In this document: positions 13,838 to 27,657 of the stretch, one piece after another
Layout: every line of letters starts with the position of its first letter
How positions within the stretch are numbered: position 1 is the first letter of the stretch
Source of the DNA: Octopus vulgaris
Taxonomy: Eukaryota
Length of the DNA stretch: 64,000 nucleotides
Reading direction: 5' to 3'
NCBI GenBank assembly: GCA_951406725.2
Contig: OX597820.1
Span: 74,028,001-74,092,000 of the forward strand
The notes under the pieces: model-generated
Told to the model about the DNA's origin: nothing
The model's database searches: none
The model's input: only the letters and a program-made list of their open reading frames with translations
Program-made: the position numbers and the translations under genes

Positions 13838-14336
13838 ATGCTATCTTCCATGATGTTCTCCGCGCGGCCCCTGGTCGCTGTTATATTGTGGACATTACAA
13901 TACGGATCTTCTGCTTACGCCTTGGGTACGTGTCCGGGACAGTGTCGGTGCAACCGTGTGCAAGTGCAGAAAGTTAGCGGAAATAATAACTTTATATACA
14001 GAACGCTTTCCAGTAACGCTCATACCATTCAAAATTATTTTCAACACCCCCAACAACAATTGTATAATCAGCTACAAAATGCCACACTACGGCGCTTAAG
14101 GCCTTACACTGGCCATGGAACCAACGCGGATAACTGGAATAGACTCCATTGGACGGAGGTCAGAAAGTATTGGCATAGAACACACTCGCTTCGACAGATG
14201 ACACAATACAAGAATGATATGAAAATCTATAATGAAACTAGATCACGTGTTCATATGCAACAGAGTGGTCGATATCGATACGGTACCGATCTAATGTGTG
14301 TTGGAATCAGAGATTTACCGACATCATTACCTACAG
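13838..14336 (+). CDS. Coding exon 1 of an extracellular LRR protein: signal peptide plus LRRNT cysteine cap interrupted by a long insertion
   Basis: ATG at 13838 (ccatcATG). Hydrophobic leader MLSSMMFSARPLVAVILWTLQYGSSAYA, then CPGQCRC...LMCVGIRDLPTSLPT (LRRNT pattern). Complex sequence stops exactly at the donor CAG|GTAAGA (GT 14337-14338, phase 1), after which the ORF is only (ACAT)n. Confidence 0.88.
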
Positions 14337-14349
14337 GTAAGAAAAACAA

Positions 14350-14390
14350 ACACATATACACACGCATACACACACATAAATATACATACA

Positions 14391-14421
<31 letters not shown>

Positions 14422-14975
14422 GTACATACATACATACATATATACATATATACATATGTACATACATACATATGTACATACATACATATGTACATATATA
14501 CATATGTACATACATACATATGTACATACATACACACATGCATGCATGCCTACATACATACATACACGCATGCGTGCATGCATAATACATACATACATAC
14601 ATACGTACATACATACATACATACATACGTACATACATACATACATAAATACATATATACGTGCATACCTACACACACATACATACGTACGTACATACAT
14701 ACATACATACGTACATACATACATACATACATGCATATATACATACGTACGTACATACATACGTACGTACATACATACGTGCGTAAATGCATACATACAT
14801 ACATACATACATACATACATACATGCATACATACATACATTTATACATTCATACATACATAGATACATACATACATACATACATACATACATACATACAT
14901 ACATACATACATACATACATACATACATACATACATACATACATACGCGCGTACGTACGTACGTACGTACGTACA
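14350..14975. repeat. (ACAT)n/(ACGT)n compound microsatellite right after exon 1
   Basis: Directly visible. Confidence 0.95.
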
Positions 14976-15481
14976 TGCTATGTACAAAACTTTATGACAA
15001 TCACAACAGCAATAATTATAGCTACAACAACATTGAGAGTAAAATAATTTCTAGATTTATTGTGCGAACAAGTGATTGTAAAGTTTATATGAAAAAGGAA
15101 AATTCGGTTCGTTCGCCAATTTTGTTTACATACACAGATAAATAAATAATACACGCACAAATAAGTTTATGCATACATACATATATCACACACACACGCA
15201 CACACACACACACACACACACATACACACATACAAAGATATGGATTTTTTGCGATATGAACGAGTTAAGTAGTAAGTTAAAAGTTTTTTTTCAGAATTCA
15301 AGTCATGTCCATATTGAGTTTCGTAATTACGGTTAATTGCTTGGGTATGCGTACGCACGCACGCTCGTACATACATACATACATACATACATGCACACAC
15401 TTATATTTGTACATGTCTTCACACACATACTCTCTATGTACGTCTGTATGTATATTATCTGTCTGTCTGTCTGTCTATCTG

Positions 15482-15554
<73 letters not shown>

Positions 15555-15622
15555 ATGTCTGTCTATCTATCTATCTGTCTGTCTATCTATCTGTCTATCT
15601 ATCTATCTGTCTATCTACCTAC

Positions 15623-15694
<72 letters not shown>

Positions 15695-15985
15695 TGTGTA
15701 TATGGTGGTGTGAGTGCGTATTATGCGCGCGTGTGTGTGTGTGTGTATGTGTATGTGTGTGTGTATGTGTGTGTGTGTATGTGTGTGTGTGTGTGTGTGT
15801 GTGCCCATACGGAAGAAGGAAGCTCGCCTGTTTAAATTGCTTTAACAAGTGACCGGGCTATTTCTCTTCAATCAATAATGTTTACGATTTAGGCTTATGT
15901 ATTATTTACTCTGTGGAATTTATTGAGGCTTTGAGCGCTGATTGACATATTTGGAAGAGGATTTCCTTATAGATGGATATATTGG

Positions 15986-16023
<38 letters not shown>

Positions 16024-16080
16024 ATCAGTGTTACATATGTATGTAGACTAATAGATAGAAATGATCTATATGCATACACG

Positions 16081-16118
<38 letters not shown>

Positions 16119-16246
16119 GATACGTATGTGTGTATCGAGAGAGTGAGAGAGAGAGAGGGGGAGGATAGAGAAAGAAAAAGAGAAAGTTTAAATGACAGTT
16201 AAAAGCATAAACGATCACCTGTATGGACATATTGCCGCACACACAC

Positions 16247-16292
<46 letters not shown>

Positions 16293-16321
16293 GTATGCAC
16301 AAATGCATACACGCGCTCGCA

Positions 16322-16354
<33 letters not shown>

Positions 16355-17074
16355 GCAAGTACACATCCGTATTATCTAACACAACCAAAACTCATAGAGC
16401 TCCTCTACGCCTCCACCACACACATACACACCCACATATATATATTCACATATAAACGGGAGAAAAGAACTCAATATATGTAATAGAGTATATTTAGTTC
16501 TTCGAACCGGATGATTCATGTTGCGTTCACCATTACTACTTCCACTAGTGCTGGACTAGACTTGAAGGTTGAGTGTGTGCTGCAAGACGCAGCCTTCGAA
16601 TTTGCCGACCCGAGGGCCCTCACTGCTTATAAAAAAGCTTATACAGCTAACCCAAATGTGCGGCCTAATTAAATGCGTCGCCCGGGGCACACTGACACTT
16701 GTCACCCTCTGGCTACGCAGCTGCGCGGGACATTCCGTTTATCAATTGTTAGTAGCGCATGATAGCATTTCCCACAACTTCTCACAATATACATCCCTCT
16801 GTTAGTTTCTGCATCATTGATGCGACCAGCGGACGCCTATGATCTTTTGGCCGATAACATAGGACACGTTTTACCTCGTCACATCTAAGAAGTCTCCTTA
16901 CCAAAGGGCCTCAGCCGACCAATGCTTATTACCTTTTTAATTTAATTTTTGTTAAAGTTTAACTTTCTGAATGTTATGACAACTGAGTAGGAAATCGTGA
17001 AGCAAGCTGACAAGCTGTCTCTTCTATAACCAATCATCCATCCATCCATACATGCATGCACATACATATGTATG

Positions 17075-17173
<99 letters not shown>

Positions 17174-17192
17174 GTATATAAATATAAATATG

Positions 17193-17273
<81 letters not shown>

Positions 17274-17411
17274 GTGTTCATACCAACCACATGGTTCCGG
17301 GTTCAGTCCCACTGCGTGGCACCTTGGGCAAGTTTCTTCTACTATAGCCTCTGGCCGACCAAAGCCTTGTGAGTGGATTTGGTTGACAGAAACTGAAAAA
17401 AGCTTGGCGTA

Positions 17412-17530
<119 letters not shown>

Positions 17531-18471
17531 ATATGTTGTGTGTATATGTTTGTGTGTCTGTGTTTGTCCCCCCAACATCGCTTGACAGCCGATGCTGGTG
17601 TGTTTACGTCCCCATAATCTAGCGGTTCGGCAAAAGAGACCAATAGAACAAGTACTAGGCTTACAAAGAATAAGTCCTGGGGTCGACTCGTTCGTCTAAA
17701 GGTGTTGCTCCAGCATGACTGCAGTCAAAATGGCAAACAAATAAAGCATGTATATATTGATAAAACTGAACCATGATTGCGCCCAAATGCATATCTGAAA
17801 CAGCTGTAAGGCTATAATACATAAACGAATATAACCCATTATTTCTGTCGATTATATATATCTTATCTATGCATATACATACCCACACGCACACACGAAA
17901 ATTTACGCACGCACACATACATACACATACACACACAAACTTGCATGTCTGTGTGGGTAAGAAGCTCTTTTGCAACCCTGTGGATTCTGGTTCAGTCCCA
18001 CTGCGCAGTATTTTGGGCGGCAAATGTCTTCTACTATAGCCCCGGCCCGATTAACGACTTGTGACAGGATTTGCTAGAAAGAAACTGTGTGGAAGACCTT
18101 CGAACATAAATGTATATGCGTGTGTGTTTGTGTCTGTGCTTGTCTTTCACCATCACTTGCGAACCAACGTTAGTTTGTTTACATCCCTGCAACTTAAATG
18201 ATTCGCTGAAAGAGATAGACAGAATAAGTACCTGACTTAAGATTGTTAGTAATCGGGTCGCTAAGACTGTAGCATGGTCACAGTCCAATGGCTGACAAAG
18301 GTAAAAGATAAAAAGTAAAAGCTATACATAGGTGCAGGAGAAGCTTGCTTCCCAACCACATGGTTCCGGGTTCAGTCCTACTGAATGTCTTGCGCAAATG
18401 TCTTCTATTATAGCCTCGGGCCGACCAAAGTCTTGTGAGTGGATTTGGCAAATGGGAACTGAAAGACGCCC

Positions 18472-18518
<47 letters not shown>

Positions 18519-18522
<4 letters not shown>

Positions 18523-18725
18523 AATGTGACCTCGTGTGTACCGTTGGCGATTTTTTTTCCTCAGTCTTCCCTTCTCTGGATCTTTCCTTCTCCTATGTTT
18601 CCGACGAAGAGCTCCGCTAGAAACGTTAAACCCTCCTTCTCCCCTTCTTTCCTGAGCGTCCAATAATACTATATTTGTTCCACGTCCTCGCGTTGTTGTG
18701 TTTTTTTGTGTTTTCTTGTTTGGAT

Positions 18726-18730
<5 letters not shown>
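18519..18730 (+). mobile_element. (TA)n-embedded Penelope-like short element (second copy 27658-27868)
   Basis: The two ~210-bp copies align end to end (gtgacc.cgtgtgta.cgttggcga...gtttggattaact). Both are flanked by (TA)n and both contain a hammerhead-like motif. Confidence 0.65.
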
Positions 18731-18799
<69 letters not shown>

Positions 18800-18924
18800 C
18801 ATATATATACATATATATACATATATATATATACACACACATATATATATATACATATATATACATATATATACATATATATATAAATGCATATATATAT
18901 ATACATATACATATATATATACAT

Positions 18925-18955
<31 letters not shown>

Positions 18956-18978
18956 CATACACATAGATAGATAGATAA

Positions 18979-19030
<52 letters not shown>

Positions 19031-19041
19031 CATGACGACCA

Positions 19042-19090
<49 letters not shown>

Positions 19091-19372
19091 AGTACTGTTC
19101 CGCTTCTGACACCCTATCACTTAAAGCAACACAACCTCAATTACATGTTACCGTACCATTACATGTACAACCAGCATAACATCATTATGTCAGTCACTAC
19201 ACGAGGCTACCACCACCATTTCCACGGGAACCTCTACGTGGTCCCTCACTCGATTTGCTAGAAATAGGAGGCATGTGCCCTTGAATTACATCTTACCGCT
19301 TTGGAAAATAGGACACTTGTGCTAATAGGTGCACTGTGCCTAAGGAAAAGGCGTGATAGTCATGACTGGACT

Positions 19373-19544
19373 CAGTAGCGTAGTTGGGTAGGGCGAGGGG
19401 ATGCAGTCTGCCCCGAGCGGTGTTTTTATGGGAACGGGGCTTTTGTCTCTGCTATACAGACCTGAATAGGTAAGAAGACCTGGGGCGTGGATGCGGCAAG
19501 CACATGGGCTGCCCCAAGCGGCACACATTCTAGTTACACTACTG
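19373..19544. mobile_element. GC-rich hAT-type MITE
   Basis: Ends cagtagcgtag / ttacactactg; TSD actggact / actcgact (7 of 8). Confidence 0.65.
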
Positions 19545-19611
19545 ACTCGACTGGTTTTGAAACTATGTCTCCTCAATCAAAACTGACAAGGGGTTAAACA
19601 TCAATAAAAGC

Positions 19612-19655
<44 letters not shown>

Positions 19656-20422
19656 CCCAACATTGCAACCGAAGAGTCAATGAGGAGTTCACTATGCGGT
19701 TTCTTAATCTGCTAGAAATAAGAGCTAAATTTCTGTATTTAAATCACAACTTGCTGACTTAAAATAGGAAAGTCACATTTGGGAAAAGAGGTTTTTGGAG
19801 CTGGCAGCTGAAGTAAAAAGACGGGTTGGTCATGGCTGGAATGCTCTTTCTTATAGGATTGCAAAAACATGGCTGACCTGGTGATAAGTACTACTACCGT
19901 CAGCAGCGGCACCACCACCACCAACAACAACACCATCATCATCACCACCACCAATGTTGGGCTGGATTCTCTAAATAAGAAAAATACGAGATGGTCACAG
20001 CTGGAATGTTTTTTTTTATTGTTGCTCGACCCGATAATAGCTGACCTGGGGTTAAACAACCACAACATCAACAACAGTTGTAACCCGTTATTCTATCATA
20101 AGAAGCAGTAAAGCTTTCAAAAATAAATGGCAAGAAAAAAAAAGCAAAGAAAAAAACCAAAAAATTCGAGTACCACATCATTACTCTATCATTACATAAT
20201 TACAGTTAATTATCAGATTATCAGAAACATTATCCCTCTATTAGAGTCATTATTTAGCGTTAAGGGACGAAGAGCAGGGATATTTTACATAACGTAGTTA
20301 GACGCACAAAATTACGATAGTGACGGATAGAAAGCCTTTCCTCATAGCTTTGATCGACCAGCGTTGACCTGGGGTTAAACGAAAACAACGCCACCAAACA
20401 TTCTTCTTATAATCACAGCAAT

Positions 20423-20805
20423 GGAAGCACTCCGTCGGTTACGACGATGAGGGTTCCGGTTGATCCGACCAACTGAACAGCCTGCTCGTGAAATTAACGT
20501 GTAAGTGGCTGAGCACTCCACAGACACGTGTACCCTTAACATAGTTCTCGGGGATATTCAGCGTGACACAGAGAGTGACAAGGCTGGCCCTTTGAAATAC
20601 AGGTACAACAGAAACAGGAAGAAAGAGTGAGAGAAAGTTGTGGTGAAAGAGTACAGCAGGGATCACCACCATGCCCTGCCAGAGCCTCGTGGAGCTTTAG
20701 GTGTTTTCGCTCAATAAACACTCACAACGCCCGGTCTGGGAGTTGAAACCGCGATCCTACGACCGCGAGTCCGCTGCCCTAACCACTGGGCCATTGCGCC
20801 TCCAC
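20423..20805 (-). mobile_element. SINE family C, full length with 13-bp TSD
   Basis: tRNA-like head ggaggcgcaatggcccagtggttagggcagcggactcgcggtc; TSD taatcacagcaat at 20410-20422 and 20806-20818. Confidence 0.92.
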
Positions 20806-21020
20806 TAATCACAGCAATACCGTGTTTTAGAGAAGTAGATCGACCGAATCATTATCTTTTATTTTTTTATTAGTTCTAGTCACTAGACTGTGGCAATGCT
20901 GGGGCATCGCCTTGAACCGTGTCACCGAAAGAATAGATCGATCGATCTCTAGGCTTATTTTTAAACCTGATACTTATTCCATCGGTATCTTTTGCCGAAT
21001 TGTTAAGTTATGGGAATGTG

Positions 21021-21221
21021 CGAGGGGCTTTAAGGGTATCGCGAAAAGTTCCTGGTTTTTAAGAGTATTGCGAAGGCCTGGCTGGAGGCTCAAACTTCCG
21101 AGTTATTTTACAGGTCTTAGAAAAAACTGAAGGACCTCTGCAATAAGCGTGTGAATCATAATTTACTGATCCTCCTGTATTTAATTTTACACAAAATCAG
21201 GAACGTTTCAGCACCCCTTCG
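21021..21221. mobile_element. Mariner-derived MITE (second copy ~22120-22305)
   Basis: cgagggg...aaaagttcctgg and caggaacgtttcagcaccccttcg ends; the internal actgaagga...ctgcaataag.gtgt block is shared with 22120-22305. Confidence 0.55.
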
Positions 21222-21540
21222 AAAACGGATCACTGCTGATGAAGCAATGATGGGCGGATTAACACAAACACAGACACATACATATTTATACATACATACA
21301 TACATACATACATACATACATACATACATACGTACGTATATACATACATACATACATACATACATACATACATACATACGTATGTACATACGTACATACA
21401 TACATACGTATGTACATACGTACATACATACATACATACATACACACAAACACATACATACATACATACTCTCTCTCCCACGTATATATGAGAACATTTT
21501 TATAAACTAACATTGAAGCACCGATTGAGTTAGTATTGTT

Positions 21541-21676
21541 GAAATGAAAGAAATCGTGAACGCAGGAGAATAAACAGCTTAGAAGATCAGTTATTTTCTA
21601 TTTATAACGGTGTTTTACCTGATTCTCAGAACTTTTTTCACAGCTGTTCTCCTGCGTTCGAGACTACCTTCATTTC
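21541..21676. repeat. Imperfect inverted repeat (MITE-like foldback)
   Basis: gaaatgaa...gaacgcaggagaa..acagct pairs with agctgttctcctgcgttc...ttcatttc. Confidence 0.6.
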
Positions 21677-22031
21677 TAAAACATACATATGTGAAATAAA
21701 TATCAGAGATGTTTTTGCCCTGCGCAGAAATTTCAGGAGTTACTCAGAGATTTTGCATTCTCTTCTAAATCCATTGCAATGCTTGAAACCTTTCCATATC
21801 GTCAGCAGGTATCTCTGGGTCACAAGCGCTTCGCCCATTAATCTGCATGCTTCACCTGAGTGGGGTAGCGAGGACTGGCCTGGTCTTCACCTACGGAAGG
21901 GTTTCACTTGCAGTCTTTTATCAACCATAGCCATCTTGATTTAGTTTCAGCTGCTATGCCTATTTCCTTGGTGGCTTTCTTCAGTTTGTCTGGGTTTCAG
22001 ACCTCATCTTCTGCAGGAAATAACGCACTGA

Positions 22032-22096
<65 letters not shown>

Positions 22097-22400
22097 ATAT
22101 AATATATGCATAAACGGATAATGAAAAGTTCCTGGTTTTAAGGGTATCGCGAAATGCTCAGTTGAGACCCAAACTTTTGACTTCTTTTATAGGACTTAAA
22201 AAACTGAAGGATCAACTGCAATAAGTGTGTAAATCTGGGAGGGGAATAGCTTGAATAGAATCGTAATTAGCTGATCCTCCTGTATTTTCTTTTACACAAA
22301 GCCACTCATTATTTACGTATCTCACTCGTTTTTCCCTCGTTTGTTTATGTATTTCATGTTATTTGCACTGTTGGTAACGTACTGTACCCATATATGCATG

Positions 22401-22483
<83 letters not shown>

Positions 22484-22779
22484 AAACAAGTCAAGATAGA
22501 AAATGCTAAAATAATTTTATAAAGAACATTTTAGTACCGGTTTCGGTCATTTTGAGACCTTTTCAACTGTAACGATTAAATAATTAAAATTAGAAAAATT
22601 AACAGAAAAGTGTTTTTAAAGGAATATTTGTATAGTGTTCAAATATAAGTGGCATTTTCCTTGTTTCTGCCTTTCTCTGTCTCTCTTGTTTGCATATTAT
22701 ATAATATATAATATTATATATTATTTATTATTTACACATACATATATATATATTATATATTATTTATTACACACACACA

Positions 22780-22865
<86 letters not shown>

Positions 22866-23854
22866 AACGACAGGCTTTCGTATACCAAATTCACTCACAA
22901 TGCACTGTATGGTACGGGCCATATTAAAAGACACTTGCGCAAGGTTCTACGCAGACTGAGTCCAAAATCCACATGGTTGCAAAGTAACCTCCTTAACAAA
23001 GCAACCATTCCTGTGCCTCTACAGTATTATTTATTTTGTCTGGTTTTGAAGGTTCTGGGTTCAAATCTCGCAGATGTCAAATGATTCTTTCGAAATCGTT
23101 AACAAAGTACGAGTGAAATATTGGAATCAATTTGATTAATTATCGATCTATGCCAACACGCTATGGGTAAAATGGCGCAGTCGAACCCCAAATTTCTGAT
23201 CAGTTCTACATCCTATAATTTTATAAGATGTTGGGAGTGCAACTGAGTGAATATTTGGCTGCTATTTCTAGCAGATAGAGTAATAGACTCCCTCATCGAC
23301 TAATGGTATACAATAGCTGTACTTATGTGACAATGAGAATAACATTCTTTTAATAAGCTGTGTTTCATGGTTATGATTCACTTCGAGTTTTTACCAGGCA
23401 CAGAGAATGACAAATATTCTGACGTCATACGGAAACGTTTCATCAACGTCGCTGAGGTTTGCACTCTAAGAAAGACGTAGTGACGTCACAGTAAATGTGA
23501 ACTTCGCACGTGATTCATTATGGGACTCTTCTGCGGTCTTCATTATTCAATGTCCTTTTAGTTCTCGACATCAGAATGTATGTGATAGGGGGGGATTTAG
23601 TTGTGATTTCAAGCACGTCAAGCGACCGCATAGAAACAACGTCATAATCTCGATTATTGTTTTGCTCAAGTTAACCTTGATTAAATACACCTTTGATTAA
23701 TGATACTCCAGCCGCGACCATCCCATTTTCTTGTTTCAATTGCAGTGCATTTAAACAGTTACGGAGTGCATTAGTACCGTTATAGCAACGATTCTGTATT
23801 ACTTACTGATGACCTAGGATCTTACACTGTATTACATAATGCTCTCTTAATCTA

Positions 23855-24130
23855 TTTAAGCCTTTCTCCCCTTATGGGGCACAGGCCATCGATGATTTCT
23901 CTCCACTGATACCGACTGCTTTTTCAACTTTACATCAGTATCCTGCCTCCAGTAATTCTTAGGGCGTCCGTTCTTCCGCCCCCTTTGTGGGTCCCCGGAC
24001 AGGGCCTGGCGTGTAGTGCAAGATATTGGTTTTCTTTCGTATTTTGTGCACCGTGTCATATGCTTCCCATGTATGAAAGCCTTTCCCTCCTAAGTTTCGA
24101 TTCCGAATTCTCATCGATGTTTCTACAAGA
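23855..24130 (-). mobile_element. RTE-clade LINE 3' fragment
   Basis: TRQALSGDPQRGRKNGRPKNYWR resembles the RTE ORF C-terminal motif RQALxWxPxGxRxxGRPKxTW. Confidence 0.7.
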
Positions 24131-24311
24131 TTGCTGTTTTCTGTAAGGATTTGGCCAAACGCAATCCAATTTTACTTCTAGAAAGAAGTGGTCTTCATTA
24201 ATTTACCCTCTGTCTTTTCTTCTGACCAGCATGAGAGGCTCTACCAGGAGCTTGTTCTCTCCTGGTGTACCTCTCAGGGTCGTTGAGGTATACAAGTCAA
24301 CATTGCAATAT

Positions 24312-24479
24312 ACTCTTTTACTTGTTTCAGTCATTTGACTGTGGCCATGCTGGAGCACCACCTTTAGTCGAGCAAATCGACCCCAGGACATTCTTTTGCC
24401 GAACCGCTAAGTTACGGGGACGTAACACACCAGCATCGGTTGTCAAGCGATATTGGGGGGACAAACACAGACACACAAA

Positions 24480-24525
<46 letters not shown>

Positions 24526-24712
24526 TATATATACATATATATATATATACAATAGGCTTCTTTCAGTTTCCGTCTACCAAATCCACTCACAAGGCTTTGG
24601 TCGGCCCGAGGCTATAGTAGAAGATACTAGCCCAAGGTGTCACGCAGTGGGACTGAACCCGGAATCATGTGGTTGGTAAGAAAGCTACTTACCACACAGC
24701 CACTACTACGCC
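24312..24712 (-). mobile_element. SINE family B copy
   Basis: Reverse complement of 32392-32806 with a small internal deletion. Confidence 0.88.
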
Positions 24713-24831
24713 TTTTAACTAGATTTCCTGTATGAAAATTACGTGGTGTCCAATGCTGCTGATGCAGTCATCATTCGTCGCTGAGATTCTAAAATCTATA
24801 TAGTTTTATCTCACTGTCACCTGTATGTATG

Positions 24832-24862
<31 letters not shown>

Positions 24863-25696
24863 GTATGTATGTGTTTGTATGTATGTATGTATGTATGTAT
24901 GTATGTATGTATGTGTTTGTATGTCCGTGTTTGCTCCCCAATATCGCTTGACAACCGATGTTGGTGGGTTTACGTCCCCGTAATTTAGTGGTTCGGCAAA
25001 AAGAGACCAATAGAATTAGTACTAGGCTTACAAAGAATAAGTCCTGGGGTCGATTTGCTCGAGTAAAGGCGGTGTTCCAACATGGCCGCAGTCAAATAAC
25101 TGAAACAAATAAAAGAATAAAAGAACTATTTAACCAATTGACTAATCGATTTGGGGGTTAATTGTTCGGCCAATAAACAACTAGTTAATTTTGTTAAAGT
25201 TCTTTCATCACCATTCGCGACCTCATCAATGACATACCCTCTCCACTCCAGGTCTTCTTCAGTTAACTGGCTAAATGTTTAACTAATTCACAAATGAAAG
25301 TAAAGGAGTGATATAAAACCAGTGCGTGTGTTTATTATTGGCATATGGCCCCTTTCCCGAGATACAACAAAATGTTTTAGCACACGAATTCACATCAAGA
25401 ATCTTGCAAACCAAATACAAATACGAAATATAAATAGAAAGTAAAATTCTTAAAATACAAAGACTTGATAAGTCCTGTTTCTTTGATGATTAATCCAGTA
25501 AGCACGTAACTCTGCAGATAGAATTATTTGTATTTATAGGCCCAAGTAACTTATCTGGTGCTGCTAAATATGTAACACGAAGAAGCGTTTTCTTCTGTTT
25601 ATTTTGTAAACACAAATAATTTCCTGGAAATAAAAAGAAATTAATGATCCTCAGCAAGTTATTTAATGGTTTATGGACGCCTTTTTCTTTTCGAAT

Positions 25697-25737
25697 AGTA
25701 GCAGTAGTAGTAGTAGTAGTAGTAGTAGTAGGAGGAG

Positions 25738-25782
<45 letters not shown>

Positions 25783-25787
25783 TGGTG

Positions 25788-25872
<85 letters not shown>

Positions 25873-25882
25873 TGATAATGAT
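25697..25882. repeat. (TAG)n/(TGG)n/(TAA)n trinucleotide array
   Basis: Directly visible. Confidence 0.95.
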
Positions 25883-26062
25883 ACTAATGGTTTCAAATTT
25901 CGGCACAAGGCCAACTATTTCGGGAGAGAAATAAGTCGATTACATTAATGTTCAAATGCATGCGCTAGTATATTTGCAATCATGTGGTGTCAGGTTCAGT
26001 CCCACTACGAGGTACCTGGGACAAATGACCTCTATTGTAGATGGAAACTGTTTGGAGGCCCG

Positions 26063-26122
<60 letters not shown>

Positions 26123-26177
26123 TAAATGAACACACACATACACACATATATATACATATATTACAAACATACACATG

Positions 26178-26209
<32 letters not shown>

Positions 26210-26223
26210 TGTATGTATGTATG

Positions 26224-26277
<54 letters not shown>

Positions 26278-26506
26278 CATGTAAGCTGGGGTTGGCGTGG
26301 TGGAGATCACTCTCTGAAAGCGCCAAGTGTTAGAACACCTGAGAGTCATCGACAGGCAAGACAAGTGACCCCAGATTTCATTCTGAAGTGATGGACATCG
26401 ATGTTTCACGATTCTTCTGCTTCATCAACTTCACGTACCTAAATTGAATCGGAGGTGAATCATACCGCTAGTCCACGAATTATATGTGTGCACACACACA
26501 CACGTA

Positions 26507-26559
<53 letters not shown>

Positions 26560-26561
<2 letters not shown>

Positions 26562-27354
26562 AATATAGGATACAATTTTTCGAAAAAATAAACTTTATCA
26601 ATGGCCAGCATATTAAAAAATACCTTTAAAGGTTAAATTTATAAACAACTTATAAACAAGGGCAAAAGAAAAAATTCTAATGCCAAATATGCCGAAACTA
26701 GACATTGTCGATACCCATATAAATTATCACAATAAGCACGTTACTCGAAGAAAGCCGACAGAAATTTCTAAAAAATTCCGTTATTACCATATCGGACCCG
26801 ATTTCAGAGTTAGTTCATAAGAACCTTCCCTTCGTCAGTGATAAATGCGGCAAAGACATAAATGAAATACTTACTTATACCCATGGAAGAAGCAAACACT
26901 AAGTCATGAGCACAATTAAGTACCCCAAATATATCCAAAATAGAAATTCTCCAGCCCATTCGAGAAACGGGCGATTCGAACTGAAGCTCTCACAGAGTTA
27001 TATATTTGAGTAGTTGAATGAATTATCTTATTAAGGATAATTCGAAAGATAACCGATACCTGGGTAGCAAATTCACATCAGAAAGAACACGGTTGAAGCT
27101 ACGTCCCTAGGGCATAGACTACGTGTCTTCGTGCGGAAATTTGTAAGTTTATTTTAAAATTATAAGTATATGAAAGAATGGAGTTGAACGACTTGTTAAC
27201 AAATATCCTTTATTCTCGACATATGTTTCGAAGGCTGCATATTCCTAATTCCGAATGAGTAAGGAGTACATTATGCAGATTTCTCATCAGGAAAATCAAG
27301 GAACTTATGTCGACATCAAAATGCACAAAGAACTTTTAGCTGACCGCCATGGCG

Positions 27355-27358
<4 letters not shown>
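26560..27358 (-). mobile_element. (TA)n-flanked Penelope-like/retrozyme-like segment with two hammerhead motifs
   Basis: Complex sequence bounded by (TA)n on both sides, with hammerhead motifs at 27212-27296 and 26790-26843 (CUGACGA...GAAA...GUC). No ORF. Confidence 0.55.
27212..27296 (-). ncRNA. Type I hammerhead ribozyme motif with palindromic minimal stem III (Penelope/retrozyme type)
   Basis: The minus strand reads auuuuc-CUGAUGA-GAAauCUGCAUA...UAUGCAGccUUC-GAAA-CAUAU-GUC-gagaau. It has an intact core, stem I auuuuc/gagaau, a long stem II, the palindrome ACAUAUGU and a GUC cleavage triplet. Confidence 0.75.
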
Positions 27359-27417
<59 letters not shown>

Positions 27418-27657
27418 GTATATATATATTGCTTTCAAATTTTGGTACAATTCCAGCAATTTGGGGGAAGGGGATAAATCAATTACATCGACCTCTGTGT
27501 TCAACTAGTACTTATTTTATTGACCCCGTCTGATGAAAGGCAAGGTCAACCTCGGCGGATTTTGAACTCGGAATGTAAAAACGGACGAAATGCCGCTAAG
27601 TATCTTGCCCTGCGCGCTAACGGTTCTCCCAGTCACTGCCTTAATATATATATATAT

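Noticed and set aside
14337-15145. C-terminal ~270 aa of the 435-aa ORF (HTYI repeats)
   Set aside because: Translation of (ACAT)n past a strong splice donor; intronic.
25490-25948. Poly-Thr/Val/Leu/Ser ORFs
   Set aside because: (TAG)n/(TAA)n microsatellite translations.
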